Assembly: GCA_963845185.1 (NCBI GenBank)
Contig: CAWJRG010000005.1
Coordinates: 96,001-160,000, forward strand
DNA from: an uncultured bacterium
GTDB lineage: Bacteria > Oederibacteriota > PGYV01 > CAWJRG01
Direction of reading: 5' to 3'
Length of the DNA stretch: 64,000 nt
Under the pieces are notes generated by a model. It saw only the letters and a program-made list of their open reading frames with translations. It was not told the origin of the DNA and searched no databases. Within the stretch, counting starts at the first letter, position 1; the number at the start of each line of letters is the position of its first letter. Both the position numbers and the translations under genes were made by a program. Below, in pieces: positions 19,182 through 28,708 of the stretch.

Positions 19182-20468
19182 TTATTTCTTGAAATACTGT
19201 TCGTTTATGTTTGGTACCATTTCTTTTATTACTTTTTCGGCTGTTTCCTTGCCGTTCCATATTTTATCGTAGCTTGGAGCGATCGTGCCAACGTTTATTT
19301 CCTCCCACTCAGACATCAACGGCACGAATACCACGTATTTTACTCCCGCCAAAACTATATCCTTATGTTTTGGGGGCTGGTTATCCAGAAAATATTTTGA
19401 TTTCGCTACGTCCATCATTGCCGGCTGGGCAAGGCCTGTCTGTGCAAGCTTTTCTTGACCTTCTTTTCCCGCGAGGTATGTTATGAGCTTCCATGCCGCT
19501 TTTTTATTCCTTGATTGCTTTGTAACAGCATAGCCTGAACCGCCTGTTGGGAAAGCTCTTTTTCCTTTCGGCCCTTTTGGAAACATGACCACATCCCATT
19601 TAAAATTCTTGATTTCCCTGAACGTAGGCGTCTTCCATATACCTGAAAAAAACATCGCTACTTTTCCAGAGGTAAACATATCTGCCGTACCCATTCCGCC
19701 CATGGAAGTCAACTGCGACGGAGATGGGCATACGTTGTATTTATTTGCCAAGTCTGCCCTGAATTGCACAGCTTCAATGGTTTCCCTCGAATCAAGCACA
19801 CATTTTGTTGGCTTTTTTACATTATCAACCATTGCACCACCGTTAGAATACATAAACGCTTCCCATATCGGCCAGTCATCCACAAATCCAAACTGTGTTA
19901 CCCTGCCGTTCGCATCCTTTTTGGTAAGTTTCTTAGCTATCTTTAAGAATCCATTCCAGTCCCAATCATCCTTTGGATATTTGACGCCTGCCTTATCGAA
20001 CATTTTTTTGTTGTAATACATAACACATATGGGCGCTATATCCCTAGGCAGGACATACAATTTACCGTCAATGGTAAACCTGTCTATAATCTCGGGATAA
20101 AAATCTTTCATTTTTAACTCTGTATCCTGTGCTATATAAGGTGCTAGGTCTTCAAGTACTCCTTTTTCGGCAAATGTCTTGAAGTTGTTTACTTCAACAA
20201 AAAGCACGTCAGGTGCGCTCCCGCCAGCCATCTGGGTTAATACCTTCTCCATGTAAGGAGGCCCACTCGGTGCTCTTTCAGCGCTCACAGTAATACCCGT
20301 GTCTTTTTCGAATTTCTCAACCATTTCGGTGATTATTTTTATTTCCTGTACGTCTCCCCAGTACATAAGCCTTAATTTTTTGGGTGCCACGTTTGAGCAT
20401 CCGTTAAACATGATGATTGAAGCAATTATTCCTGCAACTGCCAAAAAAATTACCAAAAACTTTTTCAT
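19182..20468 (-). CDS. Carbohydrate ABC substrate-binding lipoprotein
   Basis: Lipobox FNGC; APDV; DGKLYVLP; YYNKKMFDKAGV; family 1 SBP. Confidence 0.9.
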   Translation of the reverse strand: MKKFLVIFLAVAGIIASIIMFNGCSNVAPKKLRLMYWGDVQEIKIITEMVEKFEKDTGITVSAERAPSGPPYMEKVLTQMAGGSAPDVLFVEVNNFKTFAEKGVLEDLAPYIAQDTELKMKDFYPEIIDRFTIDGKLYVLPRDIAPICVMYYNKKMFDKAGVKYPKDDWDWNGFLKIAKKLTKKDANGRVTQFGFVDDWPIWEAFMYSNGGAMVDNVKKPTKCVLDSRETIEAVQFRADLANKYNVCPSPSQLTSMGGMGTADMFTSGKVAMFFSGIWKTPTFREIKNFKWDVVMFPKGPKGKRAFPTGGSGYAVTKQSRNKKAAWKLITYLAGKEGQEKLAQTGLAQPAMMDVAKSKYFLDNQPPKHKDIVLAGVKYVVFVPLMSEWEEINVGTIAPSYDKIWNGKETAEKVIKEMVPNINEQYFKK

Positions 20469-20620
20469 ATTAAACCTCCTGGCATGATAAAATTTGAAAA
20501 CAAAATTATTTTACTATTTTATTAATAAAAGTCAATAATTATTTCCTGTTTTTAGTTTCTGGCTTTAATTCTTTAATTTCTTCTTTTACTAAAAAAACTG
20601 GAAACCAAAGAAAAAAATCA

Positions 20621-21913
20621 TTATTTATTAAAATACGCCCTATTAATATCTGGGCAAACCGCTTTTAAAGCCTTTTCCGCCGGCTCGCTTCCGTTCCACA
20701 CCCTGTCAAGGGCAGGCGCGATAAACCTTATATTTATTTCTTCCCACTCAGACATTAAAGGCGCGAATTTTATATAATTTACGCCTTCAAGCACTATCTT
20801 TTTATTTAACGGCTTTTCATTGTTTAAGAAGGCTTTTGATTCAGCAAGTTTGATAATTGCCGGCTGCAACAAACCTATATTTGCCAGATCTACCTGACCT
20901 TTTTCACCGGACAGCCTTTTCACCACTTGCCAGGCAGCTTCTTTGTTTTTACACTGGCTTGTTATTGCATAGCCTGAGCCTCCTGTCGTAAACGATCTTT
21001 TGCCTTTTGGCCCTTTGGGGAACATCACAACATCCCAGTCAAATTTTGTGATTTCCCTGAAAAATGGGGATTTCCATATGCCAGAATAAAACATAGCCAC
21101 TTTTTCAGCCATAAACATGGACGAAGTGTCATAACTTCCTTCAACAACCACCTGGGAAGGCTCCGGCATTACATGATATTTATTTATCATATCTGCCCTA
21201 AACTGTACAGCCTCTATATCTTCAGGTGAATCAATTACGCATTTTTTCGGATGCTTTACATCGTCTACAAGTGAGCCGCCGTTTGAATACGCCCATGATT
21301 CCCAAATCGGCCACTCGTCAAGAAATCCGAATTGTATTATCCTGCCTTTTGAATCTTTTTTTGTAAGTTTCTTTGCTGTCTCAAGAAATTCTTTCCATGT
21401 CCAGTTATTCTTTGGATAAGGCACATGTGCCTCGTCAAACATCCTCTTGTTATAATAAATTACGCAAATAGGAGCTATGTCCCTTGGTATCACGTATAAT
21501 TTCCCGTTAAGCGTGAACCTGTCAATAATCTGCGGGTAATAATCGTTTATATTAAAATCCTTGTTTTTATCCTTCTCTATGTAAGGTTTTAAGTCTATAA
21601 GCAGTCCTCTGTCAACAAATTCCTTGAAATTGCCAACTTCAACAAACAAAACATCAGGAGCATAGCCCGCCGCGGCCTGTGTAATTACTTTTTCCATATA
21701 AGGGTTACCGCTCGGTGCCCTTTCCTGCACCACTTCAATGCCTTTTTCTTTTTTGATATCTCCTATGATTTCATTAACAAGCTTGATTTCCGGTACGCCA
21801 CCCCAGTGCATCAAGCGTATTTTCCCAGCTTTTTTATCTTTTGCGCATGCAAAAGTCAGCAAAATGCATGTAAAAAGAGCCATTAAAATAAAAATCCATT
21901 TTGTTTTTTTCAT
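20621..21913 (-). CDS. Carbohydrate ABC substrate-binding lipoprotein (paralogue of the adjacent SBP)
   Basis: Lipobox TFAC; long blocks shared with 19182..20468. Confidence 0.9.
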   Translation of the reverse strand: MKKTKWIFILMALFTCILLTFACAKDKKAGKIRLMHWGGVPEIKLVNEIIGDIKKEKGIEVVQERAPSGNPYMEKVITQAAAGYAPDVLFVEVGNFKEFVDRGLLIDLKPYIEKDKNKDFNINDYYPQIIDRFTLNGKLYVIPRDIAPICVIYYNKRMFDEAHVPYPKNNWTWKEFLETAKKLTKKDSKGRIIQFGFLDEWPIWESWAYSNGGSLVDDVKHPKKCVIDSPEDIEAVQFRADMINKYHVMPEPSQVVVEGSYDTSSMFMAEKVAMFYSGIWKSPFFREITKFDWDVVMFPKGPKGKRSFTTGGSGYAITSQCKNKEAAWQVVKRLSGEKGQVDLANIGLLQPAIIKLAESKAFLNNEKPLNKKIVLEGVNYIKFAPLMSEWEEINIRFIAPALDRVWNGSEPAEKALKAVCPDINRAYFNK

Positions 21914-21943
21914 AATTTTCCTCCATTTATATTTATATAAAAT

Positions 21944-22993
21944 CTAACTCTTTACATTCTTTCCCGCAAGCTGCCCGCAGGCAGCAAGTATATCAGCGCC
22001 TTTTTCTTTGCGGATAAAGGACTTTACGCCTGCTGTTGTCAATACCTTTTGAAACGCAAAAACTTTTTCTTTATCCGGTTTTTCCATTTTCTTTAATTGT
22101 GACGTTCCACAAAACGTGCCTGCGTCATTATAAGGGATCAGGTTAATTTTATAATCAATGCCGTTCAGAAGTTTAACCAACTCCTGAGCATTGTGTGAAG
22201 AATCATTTAACCCTTTAAATAAAACATATTCGTAAGTTATTTGTTCCCCCGTTTTTTCGTTATAATACTTGCTTGCCTTTACAATCTCTACTATTGGATA
22301 TTTCTTGTTTAAAGGTATTAGTTTTGACCTTAATTCATTATCAAATGTTATCAAAGACACAGCCAAACCAAACTTATAATCATTGTCTGCAATTTCCTTT
22401 ATTACAGGCACAATGCCTGTCGAGGAAACAGTAATTCTAGTTTGGGAATAATTATATCCTTTTTTATCGGACAATATCAATATAGCTTTCTTGACATTTT
22501 CCCAGTTAAGAAGCGGCTCGCCCATTCCCATAAAAACAATACTGTCAATTTTACCCGCCTCTTTCTTTGCAATCATGAATTGGCTGATGATCTCCCCGCA
22601 TGTCAGGTCTCGTTTAAAACCTATTTGCCCGGTAGCGCAAAACACGCATCCGCATCCACAGCCCGCCTGGGATGAAATGCATAGCGACGTCCTTTCTTTA
22701 TCATACATTATCACGCTCTCGATTTTATTGCCATCCTCAAGACCAAACAAAAACTTTGTTGTTTTGTCGATTTTTGATATTTGTTTATCCAGTATTTTAA
22801 AAGCGCCCAGACAATATTTCTTTTTTAATTTTTCTTTAAACAGCTGCGGTAAATTTTTCATTTCATCAATACTGCTCACTTCTTTGCAGTACAGCCAATC
22901 AAAAATTTGGTCTGCGCGGAATATCTGTTCTTCCAGAATTTTAACTATATTTTTTAATTCATCTCTTGTAAAATCTCTCAAATCTTTGGTCAT
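21944..22993 (-). CDS. rlmN: Dual-specificity RNA methyltransferase RlmN (radical SAM)
   Basis: CISSQAGCGCGCVFCATG; MGMGEPL; DILAACGQL. Confidence 0.95.
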   Translation of the reverse strand: MTKDLRDFTRDELKNIVKILEEQIFRADQIFDWLYCKEVSSIDEMKNLPQLFKEKLKKKYCLGAFKILDKQISKIDKTTKFLFGLEDGNKIESVIMYDKERTSLCISSQAGCGCGCVFCATGQIGFKRDLTCGEIISQFMIAKKEAGKIDSIVFMGMGEPLLNWENVKKAILILSDKKGYNYSQTRITVSSTGIVPVIKEIADNDYKFGLAVSLITFDNELRSKLIPLNKKYPIVEIVKASKYYNEKTGEQITYEYVLFKGLNDSSHNAQELVKLLNGIDYKINLIPYNDAGTFCGTSQLKKMEKPDKEKVFAFQKVLTTAGVKSFIRKEKGADILAACGQLAGKNVKS

Positions 22994-23099
22994 TATTTTA
23001 TTACCTCATATTTAATGATTTACAAATCTTGGTGCTTGGCTATAATTATAACATAAAAAATTTTTATATGTCGTTTATGAAATATAAAAGGAGCAAACC

Positions 23100-24989
23100 T
23101 TGCAATTAGAAGACACCTATGATGTTATTGTAATTGGCGCCGGGCATGCAGGCGTCGAAGCTGCGCTTGCAGCTTCACGCATGGCTGCAAAAACCGCGCT
23201 TTTTACAATAAACACCGATAAAATCGCCGAGATGTCATGCAACCCTGCAATAGGCGGGCTTGCAAAGGGCCAACTTGTTCGGGAAATCGACGCCTTGGGC
23301 GGTGAAATGGCAAAAGCAGCAGATAAGACCTGTATTCAGTTCAAGTTATTAAATTCAAAAAAAGGCCCTGCTGTCAGGGCTTTACGCGCTCAGGCTGATA
23401 AAAAAGAATATCGGCTTTATATGAAAAGAACTTGTGAAAACCAAAAAAACCTTTCTTTGATACAGGCAATGGTTGAGTCAATAACTACTGACGACAAAGG
23501 AATAACGGGCATTATTACAAGCAATAATAAAATTTTCAGGGCAAAAGCAGTGATAGTAACGACAGGCACTTTTCTAAACGGCCTTATCCATATCGGGCTC
23601 GAATCATCTCCCGGCGGCAGACGTGATGACCCTCCAAGCATCAAACTATCTGAATCCCTGCACGCACTTGGCCTTTCTCTTGGCCGGTTAAAAACGGGTA
23701 CAAACCCAAGGGTTGACAAAAAATCACTCGATTTTTCAAAGTTCATCCCACAGCCAGGTGATAAAGATCCTATTCCTTTTTCATTTTCAACAGACAAGCT
23801 TGTCCTAGACCAGGTGCTCTGCCACTTGGTCAATACAAACGAAAAAACAAACAAGGTTATCGAGGACAATCTCGACCGCTCCCCCTTGTACAGCAAAACA
23901 AAAAGAAAAATTGTCGGCATAGGCCCGAGATACTGCCCTTCCATAGAAGACAAAGTAGTCAAATTTCCTGAAAAAAAATCACACCAGGTATTTATCGAGC
24001 CCGAAGAAAGATATTCGGATGAATTATATTTAAACGGACTTTCTACGTCTCTGCCTCTTGATGCGCAGTATGCCTACCTAAAAACAATTACGGGTTTTGA
24101 AAACGTTGTGATTCTTAAAGCTGGTTACGGTATTGAATACGACTTCGTTCCTCCCACCCAAATAAATAGTTCTCTTGAAGTTAAGATAATCCCGCGCTTG
24201 TTCCTGGCTGGCCAGATTAACGGCACGTCAGGTTACGAAGAAGCTGCAGCACAGGGGCTTGTTGCGGGAATAAATGCCGTGCTCGTAATACAGGAATCAC
24301 CGCCTTTTATTCTAAACAGATCAGAAAGCTATATTGGGGTCATGATTGACGACCTTGTCACAAAAGGCATTGAAGAACCCTATCGCCTGTTTTCTTCAAG
24401 GGCAGAATTCAGGCTGGTATTAAGAAACGACAACGCCGATATTCGTCTCATGGATTACGGCAGAAAATTCGGTTTAATTGACGACAAAACTTATGATAGG
24501 TTCATGTTTAAAAAACATTTCTATGAAAATGAATACAGACTACTTGAAAAAACATACCTAAGACCCGGACCCGAAACAGAGCATATATTCAAGCAACTTA
24601 ATTCACCCCCGCCTGAAGAAGCAGTAACTCTATTGCATATATTGAAAAGGCCGGAAATAAATTACGAAGATTTAAAAAATTTTATTGATATCCCTGACAA
24701 TGTACCGAAGGATTGTGTTGAATATTTACAAACTCAGATAAAATATGAAGGTTATATTAAAAAAGACCTTGAAAAAATCGAACAGTTTAAAAAGCTAGAA
24801 AAAAAGGTAATCCCTGAAGGTATTGATTATATAAAATACAAAGGATTATCAGCGGAAGCTAGGCAAAAACTCTCAAAATTAAAACCAAAAACCCTAGGCC
24901 AGGCTACAAGGATTCAAGGTGTAACGCCTGCAGATATAAATGTATTATTGGTATTGATTAAAAAAGATAATAAAGAGACTGGCCTTTAA
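23100..24989 (+). CDS. mnmG: tRNA uridine-5-carboxymethylaminomethyl modification enzyme MnmG/GidA
   Basis: GAGHAGVEAA, SCNPAIGG, GPRYCPSIEDK, AGQINGTSGYEEAAAQG; TTG start after AAGGAG. Confidence 0.97.
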   Translation: MQLEDTYDVIVIGAGHAGVEAALAASRMAAKTALFTINTDKIAEMSCNPAIGGLAKGQLVREIDALGGEMAKAADKTCIQFKLLNSKKGPAVRALRAQADKKEYRLYMKRTCENQKNLSLIQAMVESITTDDKGITGIITSNNKIFRAKAVIVTTGTFLNGLIHIGLESSPGGRRDDPPSIKLSESLHALGLSLGRLKTGTNPRVDKKSLDFSKFIPQPGDKDPIPFSFSTDKLVLDQVLCHLVNTNEKTNKVIEDNLDRSPLYSKTKRKIVGIGPRYCPSIEDKVVKFPEKKSHQVFIEPEERYSDELYLNGLSTSLPLDAQYAYLKTITGFENVVILKAGYGIEYDFVPPTQINSSLEVKIIPRLFLAGQINGTSGYEEAAAQGLVAGINAVLVIQESPPFILNRSESYIGVMIDDLVTKGIEEPYRLFSSRAEFRLVLRNDNADIRLMDYGRKFGLIDDKTYDRFMFKKHFYENEYRLLEKTYLRPGPETEHIFKQLNSPPPEEAVTLLHILKRPEINYEDLKNFIDIPDNVPKDCVEYLQTQIKYEGYIKKDLEKIEQFKKLEKKVIPEGIDYIKYKGLSAEARQKLSKLKPKTLGQATRIQGVTPADINVLLVLIKKDNKETGL

Positions 24990-25013
24990 TCAACTAAAAT
25001 CTGCTGTATTTTC

Positions 25014-25433
25014 TCATTCGCCAAGTATTTGCAATATCAGTGTCCTATTGCGCGGATGCGTGTCAAAATCAATAAAAATTATCTGCTGCCATGTACCAAG
25101 GGTAAGCTTGCCGTCATTTACAGGAATTGTTATTGATGGCCCTATTAACGATGCCCTTACATGTGATGCACCATTTGCATCACCCCACGTTGCGTTATGT
25201 TCATAATGCGCCTTATAAGGAGCAATTTTTTCAAGCACAGCCGGAAAATCCTTTATCAATCCAGATTCATATTCTACGGTTGTCATCCCACCTGTAGAGC
25301 CCGGCACAAAAACCGTAACTATACCGTTTTTAACGGCATTCTTTTCAATTGCCGACTGTACCTCGTTGGTAATATTTATTATGTCTGTATAACCTTTGGT
25401 GCTGCATGTTATATTTTCTGTTTTGATTTTCAT
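25014..25433 (-). CDS. yjbQ: YjbQ/UPF0047 family protein
   Basis: NGASHVRASLIG; LGTWQQIIFIDFD. Confidence 0.9.
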   Translation of the reverse strand: MKIKTENITCSTKGYTDIINITNEVQSAIEKNAVKNGIVTVFVPGSTGGMTTVEYESGLIKDFPAVLEKIAPYKAHYEHNATWGDANGASHVRASLIGPSITIPVNDGKLTLGTWQQIIFIDFDTHPRNRTLILQILGE

Positions 25434-25508
25434 ATTTCACCTCAATATTCTTTAAGATTTAAAACCTTAAATTATAAGCCAAAGTTAATAATCCGTGAAA
25501 TTTCTGAT

Positions 25509-25573
25509 ATTCTAAAAGATATATATTCGCTTGTCAACAATGGTGTTGACACTAATTAATGCTATGCTATAAT
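25509..25573. promoter_or_regulatory. Back-to-back divergent sigma70 promoters (tRNA operon on +, yjbQ on -)
   Basis: + strand TTGACA(25546)-N16-TATAAT with TGn extension; - strand TTGACA-N17-TAGAAT. Confidence 0.75.
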
Positions 25574-25594
25574 ACCCCACTGTTAAACGTGGAC

Positions 25595-25684
25595 GCCGGG
25601 GTGGCGAAATGGCAGACGCAGCGGACTTAAAATCCGCGGGACCTTACCCGTCCATGTCGGTTTCGAGTCCGACCCTCGGCACCA
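25595..25684 (+). tRNA. tRNA-Leu (anticodon TAA)
   Basis: GCCGGGG/CCTCGGC acceptor stem plus ACCA; anticodon arm GCGGA-CTTAAAA-TCCGC; long variable arm; T-loop has one extra T. Confidence 0.93.
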
Positions 25685-25766
25685 GCAGATCCGAGGATTG
25701 GCATAAAATCCCTAATAGAAAACATAACAGGTAATAATTTTCATATTTTAATTTACCATAAAACGC

Positions 25767-25841
<75 letters not shown>

Positions 25842-25844
25842 AAC

Positions 25845-25882
25845 AAAAAAGCCAGACAAATTTTTAATTGCCTGGCTTTTTT
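25845..25882. terminator. Bidirectional intrinsic terminator
   Basis: AAAAAAGCCAG...CTGGCTTTTTT between the convergent tRNA and ftsB-like gene. Confidence 0.7.
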
Positions 25883-25921
25883 GTTTTCTGGACTTATATA
25901 TTCAATCTTACAACACTAAAT

Positions 25922-26242
25922 CTATTTGTCCTTGTCCTCAGATATTATATAAACTGTTTCTCCATCTTTCACGAGTCCCAGCTGTTCGCGCGCGACTTTT
26001 TCAATATATTCTTCATCACCGTAAATCTTTTGAATGCGCTCTTCTATTTTTTTATTATTTTCTTTCATTGCCTCGTTTTCTTCCTTCAATCTGTCTCTGT
26101 AAGCTTTCATGCTTGCAAAACTTATAATACTTTTAATAAAAAATGCTGCCAAAATAACAGTAAATATTACAATAAATATATTTTTACCGTTCTTTAAAGA
26201 TATCCTTTTTGAACGCCATCTTCTGATCATCTTTGGTCCCAC
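25922..26242 (-). CDS. ftsB: Septum formation initiator family protein (FtsB/DivIC)
   Basis: Single TM, coiled coil, YIEKVAREQLGLVKDGE. Confidence 0.85.
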   Translation of the reverse strand: MGPKMIRRWRSKRISLKNGKNIFIVIFTVILAAFFIKSIISFASMKAYRDRLKEENEAMKENNKKIEERIQKIYGDEEYIEKVAREQLGLVKDGETVYIISEDKDK

Positions 26243-26994
26243 GGTTTAAATATGCTTATCAAATCTCTCTGCTCCCACATTTCTTTTAATGACGGCATTA
26301 TATTATGTTTTTCATAAATAAGCATAGCACAATTTATTTGTAAAAATAAAATAAAACAATAACTTAGAAGCGGCAAACCAAAAATCGGGAGAAGCGCTAC
26401 CAATGCTACTCCTTTTATATTAAAAGTAAAAAAATAAATAAATCCATTGAGATAAGCTATTAATATAACTGCCGTTATCGTTGAAAAAGGTGCGCCGATT
26501 ATCATGAGTAAAGCTTTTTTATAGGATATGAACAGCCTTCTTTTATCATCAAGCACCATTATAGGAATAATATATAGTTGCATAAGCAGGAACATCAAAA
26601 TTACCCAAAGTCCTATACCACCGATGATAATACCGAAGCCTTTTATATTTTTATAAAATTCAACAGCTTGGAATACTATAATTGTAACTATAAGGTTTAG
26701 CGTAAATATAACCGCTCCTTTTAAAGCGTAGTATTTTAAACCGGTTAAAACATCCCTGAATATTTGACTTTCTTCCCTTTTTATCAGCTTTACAAAATAA
26801 AACATATAGGCAGGCGAAAGAATATGCCATATAAAAAGCATTATGCCGGCCGAGAAATACATATTTGTTTTTATTTTATAGCTTATGAGAAAAACCACTA
26901 ATAAGAAAACGAACAAGATAAAATTAAGGAACATGCCTTTGAAAAGATTGTCGTAGAATACCCAGAAAGCCCTTTTTAATGCCCTGATTATCAT
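26227..26994 (-). CDS. Integral membrane protein (YesL/DUF624-like)
   Basis: Multiple TM helices; weak family resemblance. Confidence 0.5.
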   Translation of the reverse strand: MIIRALKRAFWVFYDNLFKGMFLNFILFVFLLVVFLISYKIKTNMYFSAGIMLFIWHILSPAYMFYFVKLIKREESQIFRDVLTGLKYYALKGAVIFTLNLIVTIIVFQAVEFYKNIKGFGIIIGGIGLWVILMFLLMQLYIIPIMVLDDKRRLFISYKKALLMIIGAPFSTITAVILIAYLNGFIYFFTFNIKGVALVALLPIFGLPLLSYCFILFLQINCAMLIYEKHNIMPSLKEMWEQRDLISIFKPWDQR

Positions 26995-27001
26995 TTTTCC
27001 A

Positions 27002-27361
27002 TCAGGATAACATTTTTTCCAGTTCAGGAATAATTTTTTTTAATTCAAGCCTACCCCTGCCAAGATTCCCGTCAAGGCTTAATGCAAGGTTTACAAAATA
27101 ATTGTCCCCTACCATCATCATTATCATTGTAGCAACTTCGGTGGATATTAAAACTTCGTTTGTTTTACCTAAGCCAAAACTTTCAGAAGCCTTTTTTGAA
27201 TTTTTTATAATTGTAGAATACTCCGCACCCGCTGCCGTAATATCAAATGAAGATTTGACGGAAAACTGGTCAATAGCTATACCATCAATCCCGATTACTC
27301 CTGCTCCTATTGCTCCGTCAACATTATTTACAACTTTTTGCAAAACGCCTTTAAAATCCAT
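27002..27361 (-). CDS. Roadblock/LC7 domain protein (MglB/MglC-like)
   Basis: VDGAIGAGVIGIDGIAI...GNLGRGRLELKK. Confidence 0.8.
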   Translation of the reverse strand: MDFKGVLQKVVNNVDGAIGAGVIGIDGIAIDQFSVKSSFDITAAGAEYSTIIKNSKKASESFGLGKTNEVLISTEVATMIMMMVGDNYFVNLALSLDGNLGRGRLELKKIIPELEKMLS

Positions 27362-27385
27362 TTATTAATTAGCCTCCTAGCTTAA

Positions 27386-28681
27386 TTATGCCGCAACCTT
27401 TTTTATCTTTTCAATAACGTCCTTTAATATAAGTCTCATTTTGCCAACATTAATATTCTCATCTCCAAGCATAAAAAGTACTCCTGCCCATATCTCGTTA
27501 AAAAGCAACTGTCCTTTTTGGGAAGCAATTACAACTTGATTGAGTTTCCCTTGTTTTGTATCCCTTACCATCTGTTCAGTTTTTTCAACAATTGTAGATA
27601 TTACCTGGCTCGCTTCATCTATATTTATGCTTTTAGGAAGCATATTTGCGACTAAAGATCCGTCCCTTGATATTAGCAGGCTACCTGTTAATCCGTCAAC
27701 ATTCTGGAGCTCTTTTAAAATTGCTTCTATATCTTTAACTTTCGCCGGTGCAAGCGAAATCTTTTTACTCGTTTCTGTCTTACTTGCTGCAGGTTTGATT
27801 TCCTTTTTTTCTTCCTTTTTTTCTTCTCTCTTTGGCTCCTGTTTTGTTTCCTTCTTCTTTTCCTCGGCTATTTCTACATCTTCATCTTCTACTGCATGCT
27901 TCATCACATCAAGTATATCTTCTGCTGTTATTTTATCCGAAACCGGTGCTTCACTGTTTTTTGCCGCTGCTGTTGCACCTTTGTCCCTTTCTTTTTCTTT
28001 ATACAGCTTTTTTTCTTGAAGGCTGTATACCTCACGAAGCCTTTGCTGCACAATAAGATTTTCGGAATCTCCATCTAAAATTTCTTTATATATTTCAACA
28101 GCTTTATCAAACTCCTCTTTTTTTGTATATAATTCCGCCGCTTTAAGACTTTTTGTTATGTCAATTTTAGGCTTTACGTCTTTAAGTGGCTCTTTTTTCG
28201 TTTCCGGCTTTTTTTCTTCTGCCTTTTTCGGCTGTGGTTGTGGATTCTGAACAACCTCCGGTTCCTGTTTAAAAGCAAGTGCTTCCTTTAATTTTTCCTG
28301 TGTATCAATGTCCTCCGGATTAAGCGACAGCACTCTCTGAAACTGATCTATGGCCTCGGCATACATTTTTTTTTTGAGATAAATATTGCCCAGCATAGAA
28401 TGAACCATTATATTATCAACATCTACTGCTTCAACTTTTTTCAGTTCTTCGCTTGCCTCATTCAACATATCTTTTTCAAGGTAAATCCTTCCTAAAACAA
28501 CCCTTGCAGAAGTATATGTCGGATGCTTTTCCAGGCCTTTTGTACAAACTTCAATTGCGTCATCAAGCATACCGCTTTTACGGTATGCGTCTGCTAGAGG
28601 CACGAAAATCAGCGATTCGGGGTTTTGAGATAATTTTTTCTTGAGTTCCTCTATTTCTGCCGTAACGGCATCACCTGCCAT
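27386..28681 (-). CDS. TPR protein with C-terminal roadblock/LC7 domain
   Basis: N-terminal TPRs (FVPLADAYRKSG), Lys/Glu-rich linker, VDGLTGSLLISRDGS...NVGKMRL; ATG 28681 after GGAGG. Confidence 0.8.
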   Translation of the reverse strand: MAGDAVTAEIEELKKKLSQNPESLIFVPLADAYRKSGMLDDAIEVCTKGLEKHPTYTSARVVLGRIYLEKDMLNEASEELKKVEAVDVDNIMVHSMLGNIYLKKKMYAEAIDQFQRVLSLNPEDIDTQEKLKEALAFKQEPEVVQNPQPQPKKAEEKKPETKKEPLKDVKPKIDITKSLKAAELYTKKEEFDKAVEIYKEILDGDSENLIVQQRLREVYSLQEKKLYKEKERDKGATAAAKNSEAPVSDKITAEDILDVMKHAVEDEDVEIAEEKKKETKQEPKREEKKEEKKEIKPAASKTETSKKISLAPAKVKDIEAILKELQNVDGLTGSLLISRDGSLVANMLPKSINIDEASQVISTIVEKTEQMVRDTKQGKLNQVVIASQKGQLLFNEIWAGVLFMLGDENINVGKMRLILKDVIEKIKKVAA

Positions 28682-28708
28682 ACAAAAAATCCTCCCCGTC
28701 AATCTCGG

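Noticed and set aside
25532..25551. Palindrome TGTCAACA-N4-TGTTGACA as an operator
   Set aside because: Fully explained by two back-to-back -35 hexamers.
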